Origin: an uncultured cyanobacterium
GTDB taxonomy: Bacteria > Cyanobacteriota > Cyanobacteriia > PCC-9006 > JAAUQQ01
Direction of reading: 5' to 3'
Assembly (NCBI GenBank): GCA_963718615.1
Contig: OY970368.1
Span: 4,224,001-4,288,000, forward strand
Length of the DNA: 64,000 nt
The first letter of the stretch is position 1, and the number at the start of each line of letters is the position of its first letter. The notes under the pieces are model-generated. The model was not told the origin of the DNA, did not search any database, and saw only the letters and a list, made by a program, of their open reading frames with translations. Made by a program: the position numbers and the translations under genes. Positions 41,182-50,500 of the stretch are shown here, in pieces.

Positions 41182-41296
41182 GGTGAAGTCTCGCAAGCTG
41201 CGTTTCCGTTATTCCGGAGGTCCGTTGACGAAGCCTACCAGTTTCTAGACTGTCCCGGCTTACGTGCATTCTCGGAGTCGGTCGTTCACCTGAGCC
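41175..41296 (-). ncRNA. candidate rod-shaped non-coding RNA (strand inferred)
   Basis: Perfect 10-bp closing stem CTCAGGTGAA/TTCACCTGAG with three nested inner stems; minus-strand TAGACT -10 box at 41305-41300. Confidence 0.55.
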
Positions 41297-41321
41297 GCTA
41301 GTCTAATAAAGTCAGGTTTAT

Positions 41322-41350
41322 CCCCAAAGGCTATTGCTTTGGGGGTTTTT
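41322..41350 (+). terminator. intrinsic terminator-like hairpin
   Basis: CCCCAAAG...CTTTGGGG followed by TTTTT. Confidence 0.65.
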
Positions 41351-41550
41351 GAGTCAAGTGCGAGCGAGCGCAGGGTGGCTACCGCGAAGGAGCAAATCTA
41401 GAGAGTGACACATGTTCACGTGAGGAGCTTTTTCGTAGCCTTTACAGTCAAAGCAAGCAGGACGGCAGTCTCCGCTACCGCTTCGGTCTCTGAACCGAAG
41501 TCTTGGTTCTGTCTGACGTTCTTGTGCATCCACCCAGTGCCCTACCACTC

Positions 41551-42855
41551 ATGAATCCAAAGCTGTTCCCCCCGGTCACCACCGCGACACCCGAATTTTC
41601 TACCGAGATTTCCCCCACGGACTCGGTATACCCCGAAACATCCCGCACAGGCTCGGTCGAAACAACCTTCGAACCCGCAACGACAGAATGGCAAGATCTG
41701 AGCGGCGTTTTTTCTCAGGAATTGGAAACGACGGTCCCCAATGCCAAGACAAGCGCTAGGGCCGTTGCCGGACGGATTGCCCGAGAGGTCCAGCGGATTT
41801 GCGAGAAGAGCGATCGCATCCAAATCTCTGGCGAAGTCCGTAGTTGGCAACTGTCCCTGGGCTACCATCGGTTGGAAAAATGCCTCAGCTACTATCGGCT
41901 GGGGTCTCACCGAGGCCGGATCGAACTGCACAGCACCCTCAGTACGATGGTGTACCGCCACATTGCACCGCTGAATCAACGGCTGGGGTTTCAGGGGCGT
42001 CACGCGTTGATTGAAGATTTTCTTCAAAGTTTTTATATCGAATCTCTAAAAATGTTCCGGCGGGAAAATGAACTTCCGGACGATTATCAACCGAAAACTC
42101 GATTAGAGCTGTCCGAGTACATGTCTTTTACGGAGCAGTATGCCAAGCGTCGGGTGAATTTGCCGGGACGGACGAATCAACAAATTATTATTTTGCGGGC
42201 GCAAAGTTTCTGCAATCGCCAGCCCAAAGAAACCCTGGTGGACATTGAAATGGCGCTGGAAGGACCCAAGCGGGAAGACTCTGAAGCCTCCTCAGGCCGC
42301 AGTGCCATTGCACGGCAGTTGCGGGAGCATATGGTGGCGGAGGGGCTGGATCCGACGGAAGGGGTGTTACGCGATCGCGTCATTGACCAACTGGTGGAAT
42401 ATTTGCGCGGAGAGGGGCACGAAGATTGTGTGGACTATCTCAGCCTACGTCTTCAGGATTTACCGGCTCCTGAAATCGATGAGATCCTAGGGCTGACCTC
42501 GCGGCAGCGAGATTATTTACAACAGCGGTTTAAGTACCATGTGGAACGCTTTGCCAAACTCCATCAGTGGGAGCTAGTGCACCATTGGTTGGGGGCGGGT
42601 TTAGTACAAAATCTGGGCATGACGCCCAGCCTCTGGGAGCGCTTCTATGGGGAACTGAACGGGGAGCAACGGCAGCTAGTCGATCTCAAGCAGCGTCAGG
42701 TTCGTGAGCAAGCCCAAGGTCTCGCCACGGGGTCCCTATCCGATGAGGAAATCGCCCGGACGGTGGGCTGCACCCCGAAGCAATTGCAAAAACGCTGGGC
42801 CAAATTGCTAGAGCTGGCCTGGAAGGCGCGGAATTTAGAGGAAGACAGAGGTTGA
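41551..42855 (+). CDS. HetZ-related protein
   Basis: RIAREVQRIC.KS.RIQ, YYRLGSHRGRIELHSTL, LIEDFLQSFY and RQRDYLQQRFKYH motifs; C-terminal HTH. Confidence 0.8.
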   Translation: MNPKLFPPVTTATPEFSTEISPTDSVYPETSRTGSVETTFEPATTEWQDLSGVFSQELETTVPNAKTSARAVAGRIAREVQRICEKSDRIQISGEVRSWQLSLGYHRLEKCLSYYRLGSHRGRIELHSTLSTMVYRHIAPLNQRLGFQGRHALIEDFLQSFYIESLKMFRRENELPDDYQPKTRLELSEYMSFTEQYAKRRVNLPGRTNQQIIILRAQSFCNRQPKETLVDIEMALEGPKREDSEASSGRSAIARQLREHMVAEGLDPTEGVLRDRVIDQLVEYLRGEGHEDCVDYLSLRLQDLPAPEIDEILGLTSRQRDYLQQRFKYHVERFAKLHQWELVHHWLGAGLVQNLGMTPSLWERFYGELNGEQRQLVDLKQRQVREQAQGLATGSLSDEEIARTVGCTPKQLQKRWAKLLELAWKARNLEEDRG

Positions 42856-43097
42856 GACAAGAACGAGACAACAAGAGGAAACCCATGGAAGAGGATTGCC
42901 GTGATGACCGGCATTTGCGGGTCTTTGGCGTGTATACTCAGACGGCTTGGTCTATGTATCAGCCCATGAAAAGGGGTGAACGGGTGTTCGCCCCTTTACT
43001 GTGTGTGGCGATCGCTAGACGCTGAATTGTTGTTGATTGATTCGGTATTGTCTTGTTTTTGTACTGTGGTGATCGTGTGAAGCAGGCTTGCCCATCC

Positions 43098-44390
43098 ATG
43101 CCTGATGTTTCTTTGCCCCCCTCAATTTTGGCTCAGTCTCCCTTAAGTCCAGACCGATGGCCGTTTAGCTTACGCTGGTTGCCCCAGGAAAGCTACTTGG
43201 TGGGGGGTGTGGTGCGGGATGTGCTGCTGGGCCGACAGGCGGATTACCTCGACCTCGATTTTGTCATGCCGGCGAACTCGGTGGAAACAGCGCGGGCGAT
43301 CGCCAAACATTACAATGCGGGCTTTGTGGTCTTGGATGGAGAGCGGCAGATTGCGCGGGTGGTGTTTGACCAAGCCACGGTGGATTTTGCACTTCAAGAG
43401 GGTCCGACCCTCGAACAGGATTTACGGCGACGGGATTTTACGGTCAATGCCATGGCCTATAACCCCCATACGCAAATTTTGGTGGACCCGCTGTCGGGCT
43501 ATACCGATCTCCAGCAGCACCAGTTGCGCATGGTGTCGCGGGAAAATTTGGCGGATGATCCGTTGCGGTTGTTACGGGCCTATCGACAGGCAGCCCAGCT
43601 CGGGTTTTCGATGGAGGCGGAAACGGCGATCGCCACCGCCCAACTGGCTCCCCGACTGGGCCAAGTGGCCGCAGAACGGGTCCAAAGTGAACTGAATACC
43701 TTACTCTCTAGCGCCAGTGGCACGACTTGGCTGTTGCGGGCCTGGGAAGCGGGGCTCCTCACGACTTGGCTCCCGAGCGCCAGCGCCGCCACCCTGGCTC
43801 AAGTGAAAGCCTTAGATACCTTGCTAGAACCGTTAAACCATTGCTGGCCCAAGCTGTTAGCGGAATTCCCGACACCTTCTAAACACAGTCTGGGAAAATT
43901 TGGCCCCCTCGCCTTGGCCAAGCTGATTGTGTTGACCGATGGGGATGCCATTCAGGCAGAGCGACAGCTGCAGCGCTTGAAATATAGTCGTCTGGAAGTC
44001 CGAGCCGCCGGAACGGTGCGTCGGCTGCAGCCGGATTTGGCTGAGCTCCCCCTCTCGATTCGCCAACGGTTCTTTTTGTTTCAATCCGTGGGCAATTTAT
44101 TTCCGCTGTTAGTGCTGAGTTGGCTCGTGAGTCAGGCGGATTTGGTCTGCTCCCCCAGTGCGCTGGAACAGGATGCGATCGCCCCCCTCGTTTACCATTT
44201 CCTCAATGCCCAGGACCCCGTCGCCCATCCTCACCCTTTGGTGGGCGGCAAGGATTTAATGCAGGCCCTCGATCTCAAATCGGGTCCCCATGTGGGTCGG
44301 TTGTTAACGGAATTGCAGGTAGTCCAGGCGGAAGGACAGATTCACACGCGGGAGGAGGCGATCGCCTGGGCCAAAGATTATTTGGGCTAG
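43098..44390 (+). CDS. class II tRNA nucleotidyltransferase (probably CC-adding type)
   Basis: LVGGVVRD, DLD, RRDFTVNA and DDPLRLLR motifs. Confidence 0.9.
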   Translation: MPDVSLPPSILAQSPLSPDRWPFSLRWLPQESYLVGGVVRDVLLGRQADYLDLDFVMPANSVETARAIAKHYNAGFVVLDGERQIARVVFDQATVDFALQEGPTLEQDLRRRDFTVNAMAYNPHTQILVDPLSGYTDLQQHQLRMVSRENLADDPLRLLRAYRQAAQLGFSMEAETAIATAQLAPRLGQVAAERVQSELNTLLSSASGTTWLLRAWEAGLLTTWLPSASAATLAQVKALDTLLEPLNHCWPKLLAEFPTPSKHSLGKFGPLALAKLIVLTDGDAIQAERQLQRLKYSRLEVRAAGTVRRLQPDLAELPLSIRQRFFLFQSVGNLFPLLVLSWLVSQADLVCSPSALEQDAIAPLVYHFLNAQDPVAHPHPLVGGKDLMQALDLKSGPHVGRLLTELQVVQAEGQIHTREEAIAWAKDYLG

Positions 44391-44455
44391 GATCAAAGGC
44401 ATCCCTCGGACTTAAAAAGCCCCGGTGGGACATCCCGTTTTTGAGAGGGAGACCT

Positions 44456-44950
44456 ATGCCGATGCAGCCCAATCTTCTGAGTGATCCATCCAACCCGGTC
44501 AACGGATCGCCTCAACCGAGCCCGTCACTTTACGATAGCGATTTTGTGGCTTGGGTCGAAGCCAATCTAGCTTGGCTCCAGCATCAAGCCTATGACCAAG
44601 TGGATTGGGAAAATTTGCTAGAGGAAATTGCAGATATGTCTCGGCGAGAGCGGCAGAGCCTGAAAAGCAATCTGACGATTGTTTTGCTGCATTTACTCAA
44701 ATGGCAGTTTCAGCCTGAGCGACGCAGTGGGAGTTGGCGGGGCAGTCTTCGGGAACATCGCGATCGCCTCGAAGATGCTCTCAAAGCCTCACCCAGCCTA
44801 GGTCCTTACGTCACTGAAATTGGGTCTGAAAGCTACGAACGGGCTCGGAAACGGGCTGCGGATGAAACGGGATTACCCTTGACCCTTTTCCCGGCAATCT
44901 GCCCCTATTCCCAGGAAGAGACTTTGGCAGAGGAGTTTTTACCCGATTGA
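44456..44950 (+). CDS. DUF29 domain protein
   Basis: LYDSDFVAW...DWENLLEEI...LLHLLKWQFQP motifs. Confidence 0.92.
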   Translation: MPMQPNLLSDPSNPVNGSPQPSPSLYDSDFVAWVEANLAWLQHQAYDQVDWENLLEEIADMSRRERQSLKSNLTIVLLHLLKWQFQPERRSGSWRGSLREHRDRLEDALKASPSLGPYVTEIGSESYERARKRAADETGLPLTLFPAICPYSQEETLAEEFLPD

Positions 44951-46353
44951 CAACGTTGACCGCGACTCCCTCGAAAAATCTGACTCCGATGCCGCTCAAT
45001 TCCCCGAAAATCATTGTTTTTGATGACGACCCCACCGGCTCCCAGACCGTCCACAGTTGTTTGCTCTTGCTGCAATGGGATGTGGAGACGCTACTTCAGG
45101 GGCTGCGGGATCCGGCCCCAATTTTTTTTGTTTTGGCAAATACGCGATCGCGTTCTCCCCAAGACGCCGCCCACCTCACCCGCCAACTTTGCCGCAACCT
45201 CAAACAGGCCCTAGCCCAATCTCCTTTGGACGAAATCCTGATCGTCAGCCGTTCCGACTCAACCCTACGGGGCCACTATCCCCTCGAAACCGATGGGATT
45301 GCCGAAGAACTCGGTCCCTTCGATGCTCATTTTTTGGCTCCTGCTTTTTTTGAAGGGGGACGACAAACCATCCATGGGATTCATGGCATCCGGCAAGGCG
45401 ATCGCTGGACGCCCGTTCACGAAACCGAATTTGCCCGCGACCCCAACTTTAGCTTTCACCACAGCTATTTGCCCGATTACGTTGCCGAGAAAACCCAAGG
45501 AAAAATTCCGGCGCACCAGGTTCAGCGGTTGACCTTGGCGGATTTGCGCGGGGATAGAGACCAACTCTGCGATCGCCTCCTCACCCTCCAAAACAATGCT
45601 TGCGTCGCCGTGGATGGGGAAACCCAGGCCGATTTCGATCGCCTTACCCAAGCCCTATTCCAAGCCACCCGCCGAGGCAAACGCTTTCTCTTCCGCAGCG
45701 CCGCCAGCCTCCTGACCTCCCTGGCCCAACTGCCACCGCAACCGATCCCTCCCGAAGACTTTCACCGGCTCAATCCTGAACAACGCCCTGGCCTCATTGT
45801 CATTGGGTCCTATACGGCGATCGCCACCCGTCAACTCAATCACCTCCTGCAAGAACCCGACGTCCTTGGCTTTGAACTCAATGTCGCCCGCTTGCAAAGT
45901 GAATCCCCAAACGACGCCCTTCAGCATTGGCAAAGCACCTTGCTGCAAGCGCTTCAGCAAACGCTGCGCCAGGGAAAAACGCCGGTACTTTATACCAGTC
46001 GCGAGGCGATCGCCCTGCCAAACGCGACCGATCAGCTCAACCTAGGCCATCAAGTTTCTATCTTCCTAGCGGCACTCATTCAACCGTTGATCCCCCAACT
46101 GGGCTTTTTGATTAGCAAAGGCGGCAACACCACCAACACCCTCCTCAGCCAAGCCCTCCAACTCCAAAGTGCGCGACTCTTGGGACAGATTCTAACGGGA
46201 GCCTGTATCGTACAGACGCCTGCAAATCATCCCCAGGCTGCCGCGCTTCCCCTGGTACTATTTCCTGGAAACCTAGGCCCAGACGAGGGTTTGGCGATCG
46301 CCCTTCGTCGCCTTTCACCCCGTCCTCAGCCTGTCCCTAGCCATGATTTGTAA
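44947..46353 (+). CDS. four-carbon acid sugar kinase family (DUF1537)
   Basis: DDDPTG, RSDSTLRGH, SKGG and FPGNLG motifs. Confidence 0.9.
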   Translation: MTTLTATPSKNLTPMPLNSPKIIVFDDDPTGSQTVHSCLLLLQWDVETLLQGLRDPAPIFFVLANTRSRSPQDAAHLTRQLCRNLKQALAQSPLDEILIVSRSDSTLRGHYPLETDGIAEELGPFDAHFLAPAFFEGGRQTIHGIHGIRQGDRWTPVHETEFARDPNFSFHHSYLPDYVAEKTQGKIPAHQVQRLTLADLRGDRDQLCDRLLTLQNNACVAVDGETQADFDRLTQALFQATRRGKRFLFRSAASLLTSLAQLPPQPIPPEDFHRLNPEQRPGLIVIGSYTAIATRQLNHLLQEPDVLGFELNVARLQSESPNDALQHWQSTLLQALQQTLRQGKTPVLYTSREAIALPNATDQLNLGHQVSIFLAALIQPLIPQLGFLISKGGNTTNTLLSQALQLQSARLLGQILTGACIVQTPANHPQAAALPLVLFPGNLGPDEGLAIALRRLSPRPQPVPSHDL

Positions 46354-46364
46354 AGTTAAGTAAC
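46347..46364 (-). promoter_or_regulatory. HLR1-like (RpaB) direct repeat upstream of the Ycf46 operon
   Basis: Minus strand GTTACTTA-AC-TTTACAAA; one mismatch to (G/T)TTACA(T/A)(T/A)-N2 repeat. Confidence 0.4.
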
Positions 46365-46456
46365 AGTGTGACGTCAAAACGCTATGCCATCTTGACAGCC
46401 TCAAGGCAGGGTCGATATAGTACGATGCATACCCGGGTAAACCATTGAAAAGTCCC

Positions 46457-46831
46457 ATGCAAGATAAGCAGAAATCCACGCTATACCTGCCTCCAGAGCT
46501 GCATCGCAAACTTAAAATCCGGGCTGCCGTGGAGACTCAGCCCATGTCTGTGATTGCAGAGCGCGCGATTCACTTCTATCTGTCTCACCCCGAGGTTGTT
46601 GATCAGGTTGAAGAAGAACAGGGGCATGTCCATCAGGTCTATATTTGTCCGGAATGTTCAACCTCCACGGTTATTCGCGACGGAAATTTAGTTTCCTTGC
46701 GAGACCAGCCAGGTGTGCTTCTAGACGATGAACTTCCCTCCGCTAGTTTCGTGGGTGCGAGTTCGGAAGATAGCTCAGACGTTGGTGATGCTGAATCCGA
46801 CCTCGACCGTCAGCTTCTAGTGCCCTGCTAG
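46457..46831 (+). CDS. ribbon-helix-helix-like protein (Slr0373-like)
   Basis: KSTLYLPPELHRKLKIRAAV RHH pattern; CPEC. Confidence 0.8.
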   Translation: MQDKQKSTLYLPPELHRKLKIRAAVETQPMSVIAERAIHFYLSHPEVVDQVEEEQGHVHQVYICPECSTSTVIRDGNLVSLRDQPGVLLDDELPSASFVGASSEDSSDVGDAESDLDRQLLVPC

Positions 46832-46905
46832 GGTTGCGGTCAATTGCTTCCGCGTTTCTTTCAGTTTTGGTTCCATGTCACTTTCGGGTTGATCGGTCTA
46901 ATGCA

Positions 46906-48417
46906 ATGAAGGAAGAACTCAACGTACTGCTGCAAGCCGAGTATCCCCTGATCTACCTGGTTACCCATGAGGAAGTGCGGGCTGAGCGGGCGATCGCCTC
47001 TATCGTTCAGCAAGAGCGCCAAAGCCGCCGCATCTTTATCTGGAGTTTGACCTACGGGTTCTCCGAATATGGTCAGCCTCCCAATACGGGTCATCAGAGT
47101 ACGGTTGCTCCGGAAGCTGCGATTCGTTGGGTCATGGATCGGCGTGAACCAGGCGTGTTTATCATTAAGGATCTACACCCCTTTCTAGAGTCTGCTCCAG
47201 TGATTCGGTTGTTGCGGGATGCGATCGCCAGCTTCCGCGATACCCAAAAGTCCATCATTTTGATGTCTCCGGTTCAACAGGTCCCCATCGAGCTTGAAAA
47301 GGAAATCGTCCTTATGGACTTTCCACTGCCCGACCTGGCTGAGTTGAATCAAGTCTTAACTCGCAAGTTAGAGCGAACCCGGAGTCGTCCCATTGACGAC
47401 ACCACTCGGGAAAAACTGCTCAAGGCTGCATTGGGGTTAACTCGGGATGAAGCCGAAAAGGTTTACCGCAAAGCCTTCGTGATGCGCGGTCGTCTGACAG
47501 AGGACGAAGTCGATGTCATCCTTTCCGAAAAGCGATGGCTCATTCGTCGCAATGGCATCCTCGAATATATTGAAGAGGATGCCACCCTAGATGCAGTGGG
47601 TGGTCTGGATGAGCTGAAGCATTGGTTGCGACAGCGCTCCGACGCCTTCACCGAGCGCGCCCGAGATTATGGCCTTCCCCAGCCTAAAGGAATGCTAATT
47701 CTAGGGGTTCCAGGTTGTGGCAAATCCTTAATTGCGAAGACTACCTCTCGTCTGTGGGGCATGCCGCTGTTAAGGCTCGATATGGGCCGGGTCTACGATG
47801 GTTCCATGGTAGGTCGCTCCGAGGCCAACCTCCGGAATGCCCTCAAAACTGCCGAATCCATTTCCCCCGCAATTCTATTTATTGACGAATTAGATAAAGC
47901 CTTTGCTGGCGGGACAGGGTCTGCGGATTCCGATGGGGGCACTTCTAGCCGCATTTTTGGTTCATTCTTGACCTGGATGCAGGAAAAAACCTCACCCGTC
48001 TTCGTCATGGCAACCGCCAACCGTGTTGAGCGCCTTCCCAGTGAGTTCCTACGCAAAGGCCGGTTCGATGAAATTTTCTTTGTCGATCTCCCCACCCCCG
48101 AAGAGAGAAGCGACATCTTCCGGATTCACCTGCAAAAACGTGACCGTGATGTTGAGCGCTTTGACCTTGAGCAATTAGCCAAGGTTTCTGAGGGCTTCTC
48201 TGGGGCCGAGATTGAACAAGCATTAATTGCCGCGATGTACGATGCGTTTGCCCAAGGTCGAGAGTTTACACAGCTCGACATTATCGCAGCAACAAGGGCA
48301 ACGCTCCCCCTGTCCAAGACCATGAGCGAGCAAGTCTCGGCTCTGAGAGATTGGGCTAGACAGCGGGCTCGTCCTGCGGCATCCTCCGTCGCTGAATATC
48401 AGCGTCTGGAGTTCTAA
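46906..48417 (+). CDS. Ycf46-family AAA+ ATPase (Slr0374-like)
   Basis: GVPGCGKS Walker A, LFIDELDK Walker B, LRKGRFDE arginine finger. Confidence 0.93.
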   Translation: MKEELNVLLQAEYPLIYLVTHEEVRAERAIASIVQQERQSRRIFIWSLTYGFSEYGQPPNTGHQSTVAPEAAIRWVMDRREPGVFIIKDLHPFLESAPVIRLLRDAIASFRDTQKSIILMSPVQQVPIELEKEIVLMDFPLPDLAELNQVLTRKLERTRSRPIDDTTREKLLKAALGLTRDEAEKVYRKAFVMRGRLTEDEVDVILSEKRWLIRRNGILEYIEEDATLDAVGGLDELKHWLRQRSDAFTERARDYGLPQPKGMLILGVPGCGKSLIAKTTSRLWGMPLLRLDMGRVYDGSMVGRSEANLRNALKTAESISPAILFIDELDKAFAGGTGSADSDGGTSSRIFGSFLTWMQEKTSPVFVMATANRVERLPSEFLRKGRFDEIFFVDLPTPEERSDIFRIHLQKRDRDVERFDLEQLAKVSEGFSGAEIEQALIAAMYDAFAQGREFTQLDIIAATRATLPLSKTMSEQVSALRDWARQRARPAASSVAEYQRLEF

Positions 48418-48574
48418 GGCTTTCCCTGCTGATCCCAACAGGGGGAAAGGTTGGCGTTCGATTGGCCGACACGCCAGCTACCCATCTAGCCAGTCTGTGG
48501 CAAGGCTGATTGCTAGAGATCTACTACACATCACAAACTGTCGTTTCTCAATCCCTAAATCGGAGGAAATTCCA

Positions 48575-48925
48575 ATGTCCCACTTCAGCACCCTACGCAC
48601 CAAAATCGCCGACGCTGAGATTCTGACCAATTCTCTCCGTGACCTCGGTATTTCCGTTAAAACCAATGCGGATGTTCGGGGCTACAACGGTCAGCAAGTT
48701 CGGGCTGATATTGTTGCCATGCTTGAAGGCGATTATGACCTCGGCTGGTCCCGCAATGCAGACGGCTCCTTTGATCTGATTGCAGATCTCTGGGGTGTTG
48801 CGAAAAAGCACAACCAAACCGAGCTCATCAACTCGATCAACCAAAAGTATGCCGTGAATAAGACGCTTGCAGAGGTTAAGCGTCCCGGTCTCCAGAATGC
48901 CAACGTTAAGTTGGTTGTCCAGTAG
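48575..48925 (+). CDS. DUF1257 / Ycf35-like protein (Slr0376-like)
   Basis: MSHFSTLRTKI, VRGYNGQ and FDLIADLW motifs; GGAGG RBS. Confidence 0.9.
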   Translation: MSHFSTLRTKIADAEILTNSLRDLGISVKTNADVRGYNGQQVRADIVAMLEGDYDLGWSRNADGSFDLIADLWGVAKKHNQTELINSINQKYAVNKTLAEVKRPGLQNANVKLVVQ

Positions 48926-48947
48926 ACTCTCCGCGCGTTCCCAAGCT

Positions 48948-48983
48948 AGCGGGCTAGTTCTTCGGATGCTAGTCCGCTTTCTT
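48948..48983 (+). terminator. terminator of the Ycf46 operon
   Basis: AGCGGGCTAG...CTAGTCCGCT followed by T-rich tail. Confidence 0.6.
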
Positions 48984-49085
48984 GCGTTAATTTCGGCAGA
49001 TGTACTGCGGGTAGACCCACAGGAACGTATTATCCTTGAGGAACGTTAATACCCACGTTCCGCCGACGCGCGACTGTCCTGATTC

Positions 49086-49772
49086 ATGCAAACTGAAGCA
49101 ATCAGTGAGATCTCACCGCTGTTTCGGGCGGCAAATCCTCGAACGCTAGAGTGGCTTCTTCCGAATACTGTTGAACATGAGTATCCACCGAACCGAGCGG
49201 TTTTGATGGAAGACTCCTGGGGCAATGCAGTCTACTTCATTCTCTCAGGCTGGGTGAAGGTTCGGCGCTTAGCGGGAGATCAAGCAGTCACCATTGCTGT
49301 TTTGGGCAAGGGTGAAGTTTTTGGCGAAATGGCGGTGCTGGATGAGTCCCCCCGCTCGACGGATGTGGTCTCTCTCTCGTCGGTTAAGGTACTGAGTATC
49401 TCGGCTCCTAATTTTATTCAAACTCTATTGACTGATCCCCAGATGCAATATCGCATGTTGCAAATGATGGGGACTCGGCTCAAGCAGATGAATCTCAGAT
49501 TTCAGCTTCGAGATCAATCGCCTGTCAAACGCTTAGCAAGTACGCTGACCGATTTGGGCAAGAAGTACGGAACGTCTCTTGAAAAGGGGGGCGTTGAGAT
49601 TTTTAATGTGCCCTTCACGGATTTAGCAAATATTAGCGATATCAGTGTGGAGGATACTGCCAAAATCATGGGGAAGCTGAATGAGCGGGGCTGGATTCGG
49701 ATTGAGAGCGATCGCCAATCCCTACAAATCCCCGGCTTTCAGCAGCTCCAGAAAATGCTAGAGCTGCTTTAA
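49086..49772 (+). CDS. Crp/Fnr family transcriptional regulator
   Basis: cNMP-binding FGEMAVLDESPRST; C-terminal HTH. Confidence 0.9.
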   Translation: MQTEAISEISPLFRAANPRTLEWLLPNTVEHEYPPNRAVLMEDSWGNAVYFILSGWVKVRRLAGDQAVTIAVLGKGEVFGEMAVLDESPRSTDVVSLSSVKVLSISAPNFIQTLLTDPQMQYRMLQMMGTRLKQMNLRFQLRDQSPVKRLASTLTDLGKKYGTSLEKGGVEIFNVPFTDLANISDISVEDTAKIMGKLNERGWIRIESDRQSLQIPGFQQLQKMLELL

Positions 49773-49855
49773 CGGTTCTTGTCTTGGATGTTCAGAGGAC
49801 TTAGATGTTCAGAGGATCAGTGGTATTTCTCTTGATTTGCCATCAGAGCCTTGGG

Positions 49856-50392
49856 CTATTCCGGTAAAACCCGGACTCCAATGACGCTGCCTTTGAAGTT
49901 GTAGGTTGCTCCTTCTAGCTCCAGACCAGTGCCAATTTTGAGTTTGCTGTTGCCCAGGACAACCTCGCCGTCATTGATTTGGGCTTTCCCTCCCAGTTTG
50001 ATCAGCATATCAGTGCTATAGCGCAGCTCAGGACGGGGATCGGGCAGGGCTTTAACGCTGCCATCGGGCTGAGGGACTGCAACCGTTCGAGACGAGGGGG
50101 CAACACTCAGGACATCCACTTCCCCGTAGGGCTGATTGCGAATAATGACTTGGGTCTTTTTCTCTTTGAGGAACTCGCTCATGAGTGCTTCTGGATTGGC
50201 GACGCTCAGGCCCCGAACCAGCAGATCAACTTCAACGGGCTTGGTTACCACCCCAACCTGAGCCACGGAAGACCCTGTTGTGCCAGGGAAGAGAAAGATC
50301 CCGGCCAAGACCATGGTAATCACCAGACCTGCGCCCAGGTCAAGCAGGCTGACCTTGCCAAATAGGCGACCCTTCGAATCGAGAATAGCCAT
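49856..50392 (-). CDS. DUF4330 family protein
   Basis: ILDSKGRLFGKVSLLD N-terminus. Confidence 0.85.
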   Translation of the reverse strand: MAILDSKGRLFGKVSLLDLGAGLVITMVLAGIFLFPGTTGSSVAQVGVVTKPVEVDLLVRGLSVANPEALMSEFLKEKKTQVIIRNQPYGEVDVLSVAPSSRTVAVPQPDGSVKALPDPRPELRYSTDMLIKLGGKAQINDGEVVLGNSKLKIGTGLELEGATYNFKGSVIGVRVLPE

Positions 50393-50500
50393 CTCTTTAG
50401 CCAAATCACAATCTGGCGGTAACGGTTGATGCTGATGAATTTTACAGGGCTGAGGGCCACTGGCTCAAAATATTGCGAACGGATTGCTGGATAATCCGGC

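Noticed and set aside
41185-41296. Identification as SRP RNA, 6S RNA or a NiCo/cobalamin riboswitch
   Set aside because: Lacks the SRP domain IV motifs, is too short for 6S, and shows only isolated riboswitch-like words without the junction architecture.
48930-48985. Glutamine (glnA) riboswitch suggested by CGCGTTCC (reverse complement GGAACGCG)
   Set aside because: The other conserved elements are absent; the hairpin is better explained as the operon terminator.
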